Shown piece by piece: positions 31,902 through 35,251 of a stretch of DNA of 35,251 nucleotides. The stretch lies in the NCBI GenBank assembly GCA_022866005.1, contig JALHTV010000031.1, positions 1-35,251 on the forward strand, given 5' to 3'. Source of the stretch: Phycisphaerae bacterium (GTDB lineage: Bacteria > Planctomycetota > Phycisphaerae > SM23-33). Position 1 is the stretch's first letter. Each line of letters opens with the position of its first letter. Both the position numbers and the translations under genes were made by a program. The notes under the pieces were generated by a model. It was not told the DNA's origin. It ran no database searches and saw nothing but the letters and a program-made list of their open reading frames with translations.

Positions 31902-33398
31902 TTACGATCTCCTGGCGCCTGGGCTATTGTGCGAGGTCAGAACGCGATTGATGATGTCCGTGGTGCTCAGCCCGCTCACCAGTTCCAGCTTGCGGACGCG
32001 GCCTCCGTACTTCTCGACGATCTCGTGCCCGACGATCTGGTCGGTGCTGCCGCCCTTGACCAGGACGTCGGGCTTCAGCAGCTCCAGCAGCGGCTTGGGG
32101 GTGTCCTCGTCGAAGATCGTCACGAAGTCCACGCATTCCAGGGCGCCGAGCATCTCGGCCCGCTCGTCCTGGCCGATGACCGGGCGGCGGGCGCCCTTGA
32201 GGCGCCGCGCGCTGGCATCGGAGTTGATCGCCACCACCAGGCACGAGCCGAGCTGGCGGGCCTGGCGCAGGTAGCGCAGGTGGCCCATGTGCAGCAGGTC
32301 GAATACGCCGTTGGTGAAGACGAGGGTCTGCCCGGCGCGGCGGCGGCGGGTAATCTCGTCGAGAAGCTGCTTGTGCGTGCGGAGCTTGCGCCCGCGCAGA
32401 CCCGTCAGGCGCCGCAACTCCTCGAGCACCTCCTCCTTCTGGACGGGCACCGGGCCGAACCGCTCCACGGCCATGCCGCCCACAAGGTTCCCCAGGGTCA
32501 CCGCCTGGGCGAAATCGCAGCCCTCGCCCAGCGCCAGGGCCAGCATGGCCACCAGCACGTCGCCGGCCCCGGTGATGTCGTAGACCGTCAGCGCCCGCGG
32601 CGGGGGGAAGTGCCGTCCGGGGCTCCCCTTGACGCACAGATACACGCCGTCCTTGTCCAGGCTGATCGCCACGGCGTCCAGGTCGGCGGCCAGGATGAGC
32701 TGTCGGGCGGCCCGCTCCAGGGAGACCTCGTCGACGATGGAGATGCCGGTGGCCACTTCCGCCTCGTAGCGATTGGGCTTCAGCAGCGTCGCGCCCACGT
32801 AGCGCCGATAGTCGCGGATGCCCGCGGGGTCCACCACGACGGCGGCCCCGGCCTTGCGGGCGTCGGCGATGATCTGCGGGGTGTTGGTCTCGTTCAGCGC
32901 GCCCTTGTCGTAGTCCTGGATGACGACGGTCTTGCTGTGCCGCAGCTCGCCGCGGAGCGCGGCCCGCAGCGTGCCGCGGACGGTGTCGGAGACGGTGGCG
33001 GGGTCTTCCTGGTCCACGCGAAGCAGTTGCTGGGGGTTGCGGTGCTGGCCCAGGCCCACGTAGCGGGTCTTGACCACGGTGGCGAACTTGGCCAGGCGGA
33101 CCAGACCCGAGATCTGCGCCCCGGCGCCGGTGAGCAGGTCCTTCAGCTCGTCACCGGCCTGATCGTGGCCGATCAAGCCGATGCAGATGGCCCGGGCGCC
33201 CAACGCCAGCAGCGCCGAGGCGACGTTGCCCGCTCCGCCAGGGGTGGTCGCGCTCCGCAGTGCCCGCAGGACCGGGACCGGCGCCTCCTGGCTCAGGCGG
33301 TTGGCCTGGCCGTAGACGTACCGGTCCAACATGAAGTCGCCCACCAGCGCGACCCGCGGGGAGCCGAACCTCTCCAGGCGTTCCAGGAGTTCGTGCAT
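31902..33398 (-). CDS. hldE: bifunctional D-beta-D-heptose 7-phosphate kinase / D-beta-D-heptose 1-phosphate adenylyltransferase
   Basis: The ORF opens at 33446, but ATG 33398 (MHELLERLERFGSPRVALVGDFMLDRYVYG) matches the usual RfaE N-terminus and lies just downstream of a promoter-like element. The C-terminal domain has VFTNGVFDLLHMGHLRYL. Confidence 0.9.
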   Translation of the reverse strand: MHELLERLERFGSPRVALVGDFMLDRYVYGQANRLSQEAPVPVLRALRSATTPGGAGNVASALLALGARAICIGLIGHDQAGDELKDLLTGAGAQISGLVRLAKFATVVKTRYVGLGQHRNPQQLLRVDQEDPATVSDTVRGTLRAALRGELRHSKTVVIQDYDKGALNETNTPQIIADARKAGAAVVVDPAGIRDYRRYVGATLLKPNRYEAEVATGISIVDEVSLERAARQLILAADLDAVAISLDKDGVYLCVKGSPGRHFPPPRALTVYDITGAGDVLVAMLALALGEGCDFAQAVTLGNLVGGMAVERFGPVPVQKEEVLEELRRLTGLRGRKLRTHKQLLDEITRRRRAGQTLVFTNGVFDLLHMGHLRYLRQARQLGSCLVVAINSDASARRLKGARRPVIGQDERAEMLGALECVDFVTIFDEDTPKPLLELLKPDVLVKGGSTDQIVGHEIVEKYGGRVRKLELVSGLSTTDIINRVLTSHNSPGARRS

Positions 33399-33408
33399 GT
33401 GGGGACGG

Positions 33409-33437
33409 ATTCTACCCCCGCGCCGCAGCCAACGCAA
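33409..33437 (-). promoter_or_regulatory. candidate promoter giving a nearly leaderless hldE transcript
   Basis: On the minus strand: TTGCGT (33437-33432), a 17-nt spacer, then TAGAAT (33414-33409). Only 10 nt separate the -10 from ATG 33398, and there is no SD. Confidence 0.4.
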
Positions 33438-33497
33438 CCATCGCACCCCCCCGGTGGGGCGGCGCCGGGCCCCGCGCCCGGCGGTCCCGCGGCTCCG

Positions 33498-34526
33498 TCA
33501 GGAGATCTTCGCGCGGATAGCCGCCGCGGCGTCCTGAGGGTCGGCGGCGGCGCAGACGGCGGAGGACACGGCCAGGCACTTGCCGCCGGCGGCGACGATT
33601 TGGGCGGCGTTGTCGGGCGTGATGCCGCCGATGGCCACGATCGGCAGCAAGACCGCGCTGCTGACCTCCTGGAGCAGCGCCGTGCCGACGGGCGGGCCGG
33701 CGTCCTTGGTGGTCGTGGCGAAGATCGGACCCACGGAGATGTAATCGGCCCCTTCGATGACGGCCCCGCGGGCCTGGTCCAGCGAGTGGGTGCTGCGTCC
33801 CACGATCGCCCCGGGCCGGAGCAGCTTGCGGGCCTCGGCCACGGGCAGGTCGCCTTGGCCCAGGTGCACCCCGTCGGCGGCGACCATCGCCGCGATGTCC
33901 GGGCGATCGTTGACGATGAAGATCTTGCCCGTCTCGTCGGTCAGCTCGCGCAGCTCCGCGGCGATGGCCAGGCATTCCGCATCGCAGCCGCCCTTGTGGC
34001 GGAGCTGGATGGCGTCGGCCCCGCCGGCGATGGCGGCGCGGGAGGTCTCGCGGATGCTGCCGCGGCACAGCGTCGGGGTGATCAGCACGTACAGGCGGAC
34101 CTGGGCGAACCTGCCCGCCACGGCCAGGCGGTCCTGCAACCGCTGCTCGAGGGTGTAGGCGTCGTAGCGCATCCGCTCGATCCGCAGGATTTCCTTGGGC
34201 GCGACGAACTTGCCGTACTCCTCGATGGTCCGCAGCGACTCGGTCAGGCGCTTGCAGGCGGCCTGGGCCACGTCAGCGAGGTTCTCGCGCTTCGGCTCGG
34301 TGGGGCTGGTGATCTCGGTGCCGATGTCACCGGCGGTGTCGCGGCTGGCGATCATCTCGTCGGCCGGCATGGCCGAGAGAATCTCCTGAAGCCCGCTGCG
34401 GAGGTTCTTGGCCATCTGGGTAATGGCGGGGTCGTTGAGGGCGAAGCGCCCGCAGTCCTCCGCCACGCGGAGGGCCTCGCGGGCTCGGTTGAAGTTGGCG
34501 TCAAGAATTCGGTAGACCTCTCGCAT
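33498..34526 (-). CDS. thiE: thiamine-phosphate synthase (ThiE) with an N-terminal extra domain
   Basis: The ORF opens at 34577. ATG 34526 (MREVYRILDANFNRAREALRV) follows AAGGGG by 7 nt. The C-terminal 210 aa have LYVLITP, IQLRHK, FIVNDRPDIA, DGVHLGQGD and VAIGGI ThiE motifs. Confidence 0.85.
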   Translation of the reverse strand: MREVYRILDANFNRAREALRVAEDCGRFALNDPAITQMAKNLRSGLQEILSAMPADEMIASRDTAGDIGTEITSPTEPKRENLADVAQAACKRLTESLRTIEEYGKFVAPKEILRIERMRYDAYTLEQRLQDRLAVAGRFAQVRLYVLITPTLCRGSIRETSRAAIAGGADAIQLRHKGGCDAECLAIAAELRELTDETGKIFIVNDRPDIAAMVAADGVHLGQGDLPVAEARKLLRPGAIVGRSTHSLDQARGAVIEGADYISVGPIFATTTKDAGPPVGTALLQEVSSAVLLPIVAIGGITPDNAAQIVAAGGKCLAVSSAVCAAADPQDAAAAIRAKIS

Positions 34527-34566
34527 GGTGTGCCCCTTGGCGCGCGCCGCGCCGCTCGGGACTTGC

Positions 34567-35251
34567 CTAGGGCCCATACGCGGGAATGGGGAACTGCCCG
34601 CACAGCTCCTCCACCTGCCCGCGCACGGATTGGAGCACGTTCTTGTCGCCGCCGCAAGTCAGCACCGCGTCGATCCAGCGGGCGATCTGCTTCATCTCCT
34701 GTGCTGCCATCCCGCGGGTGGTCAGGGCCGGTGTGCCCAGGCGGACGCCCGAGGCCTTGACCGGCGGGCGGGGGTCGAAGGGGATGACGTTCTTGTTGGC
34801 GATGATGCCCGCCGCGGCCAACCACATCGCGGCCGTCTGCCCGGTCAGATTCGGGTCTCTGCTGCGCAGGTCCAGCATCATCATGTGGTTGTCGGTCCCC
34901 CCGCTCACCAGCCGCCACCCGAGGCCCGCCAACTCCTCCGCCAGCGCCTTGGCGTTGGCGACGATGGCTGCGGCGTACCGGCGGAATTCCGGCTGCATGG
35001 CTTCGCGGAGGGCCACGGCCTTGGCGGCGATGACGTGCATCAGCGGCCCGCCCTGAAGACCTGGAAACACCGCCCGGTCGACCGCACGGGCCCAGGCACT
35101 GCGGCACAGGATGAAGGCCCCGCGTGGGCCGCGGAGGGTCTTGTGCGTGGTGGCCGTCACGAAATCGCAGTGCGGCACCGGGTCGGGATGGACCCCGCCG
35201 ACGATGAGCCCGGCGATATGGGCAATGTCCGCCAGCACCGGACAGCCGACC
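34567..35251 (-). CDS. glyA: serine hydroxymethyltransferase, C-terminal part (5' end lies beyond the window)
   Basis: The frame stays open to the window edge (...VGCPVLADIAHIAGLIVGG). The PLP-lysine motif TTHKTLRGPRG is present. Stop at 34567-34569. Confidence 0.95.
   Translation of the reverse strand, partial: VGCPVLADIAHIAGLIVGGVHPDPVPHCDFVTATTHKTLRGPRGAFILCRSAWARAVDRAVFPGLQGGPLMHVIAAKAVALREAMQPEFRRYAAAIVANAKALAEELAGLGWRLVSGGTDNHMMMLDLRSRDPNLTGQTAAMWLAAAGIIANKNVIPFDPRPPVKASGVRLGTPALTTRGMAAQEMKQIARWIDAVLTCGGDKNVLQSVRGQVEELCGQFPIPAYGP

Noticed and set aside
33399-33446. Longer hldE start (MRWLRWLRRGGRIRPH...)
   Set aside because: The extra residues are non-homologous and Arg/Trp-rich. The region contains a -35/-10 pair, and RfaE/HldE proteins normally begin close to the LVGDxMLDxY motif.
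34527-34566. Possible TPP riboswitch upstream of thiE
   Set aside because: Only about 40 nt separate the glyA stop from the thiE start, too short for a THI-box aptamer. No CUGAGA-type core was seen.
31839-34760. 973-aa plus-strand ORF spanning the antisense of gmhB, hldE, thiE and glyA
   Set aside because: It crosses three intergenic gaps and four well-supported minus-strand genes. Its composition is G/A/R/D/P low complexity. It is an antisense shadow ORF.
1-35251. CRISPR arrays, tRNA/rRNA genes, transposases, integrases and prophage genes
   Set aside because: Reading all intergenic gaps showed no repeat-spacer periodicity, no cloverleaf-compatible 70-90-nt GC-balanced segments, and no ORFs with DDE, tyrosine or serine recombinase motifs. 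The only repeats are the short tandem or inverted ones listed above.

Overview
High-GC bacterial chromosomal segment (about 70% G+C in typical coding lines by hand count), densely coded on both strands. Gene content suggests a Planctomycetota/PVC-like organism: a PEP-CTERM protein, a PL1-type lyase with thrombospondin-type-3-like Asp repeats, DUF1015, DUF72 and MCE/MMPL lipid transporters. This taxon call is low-confidence inference. Recognised genes: two tandem CNNM/DUF21-CBS transporters, PBP4 (dacB), 6-phosphofructokinase, a PilZ protein and a CdsA-like gene. There is a same-strand block GH43-like / GNAT / MlaF / MlaD / MMPL. A glycan-related block holds a PEP-CTERM beta-propeller, a URO-D-like gene, a PL1-like lyase, an aldo/keto reductase and an amidohydrolase-2 lactonase. 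These are followed by a low-GC orphan gene, DUF72, and a mutagenesis cassette (82-aa ORF, Y-family polymerase, DnaE2). The remainder holds an amber-interrupted CBM48-like gene, murJ, nadA, cspA, DUF1015, gmhB (fused to a membrane tail), hldE, thiE and a partial glyA. I saw no rRNA, tRNA, CRISPR array, transposase or integrase. Most noteworthy: (1) a non-canonical DnaE2 cassette, headed by an 82-aa ORF instead of a RecA-like ImuA, with a catalytically intact-looking Y-family polymerase, a repeat/palindrome-dense spacer and a codon-atypical hairpin-bearing in-frame segment inside dnaE2; (2) a roughly 53% GC orphan gene wedged between convergent 70% GC genes; (3) an MlaF-MlaD pair with no adjacent permease but an adjacent MMPL transporter; (4) a URO-D-like gene translationally coupled to a polysaccharide lyase; (5) local gene defects or oddities: an in-frame TAG in the CBM48-like gene, a short NadA lacking the CTS(S/A)NA segment, and a deviant CdsA signature. 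All homology calls rest on motif recognition by eye; no searches were run.
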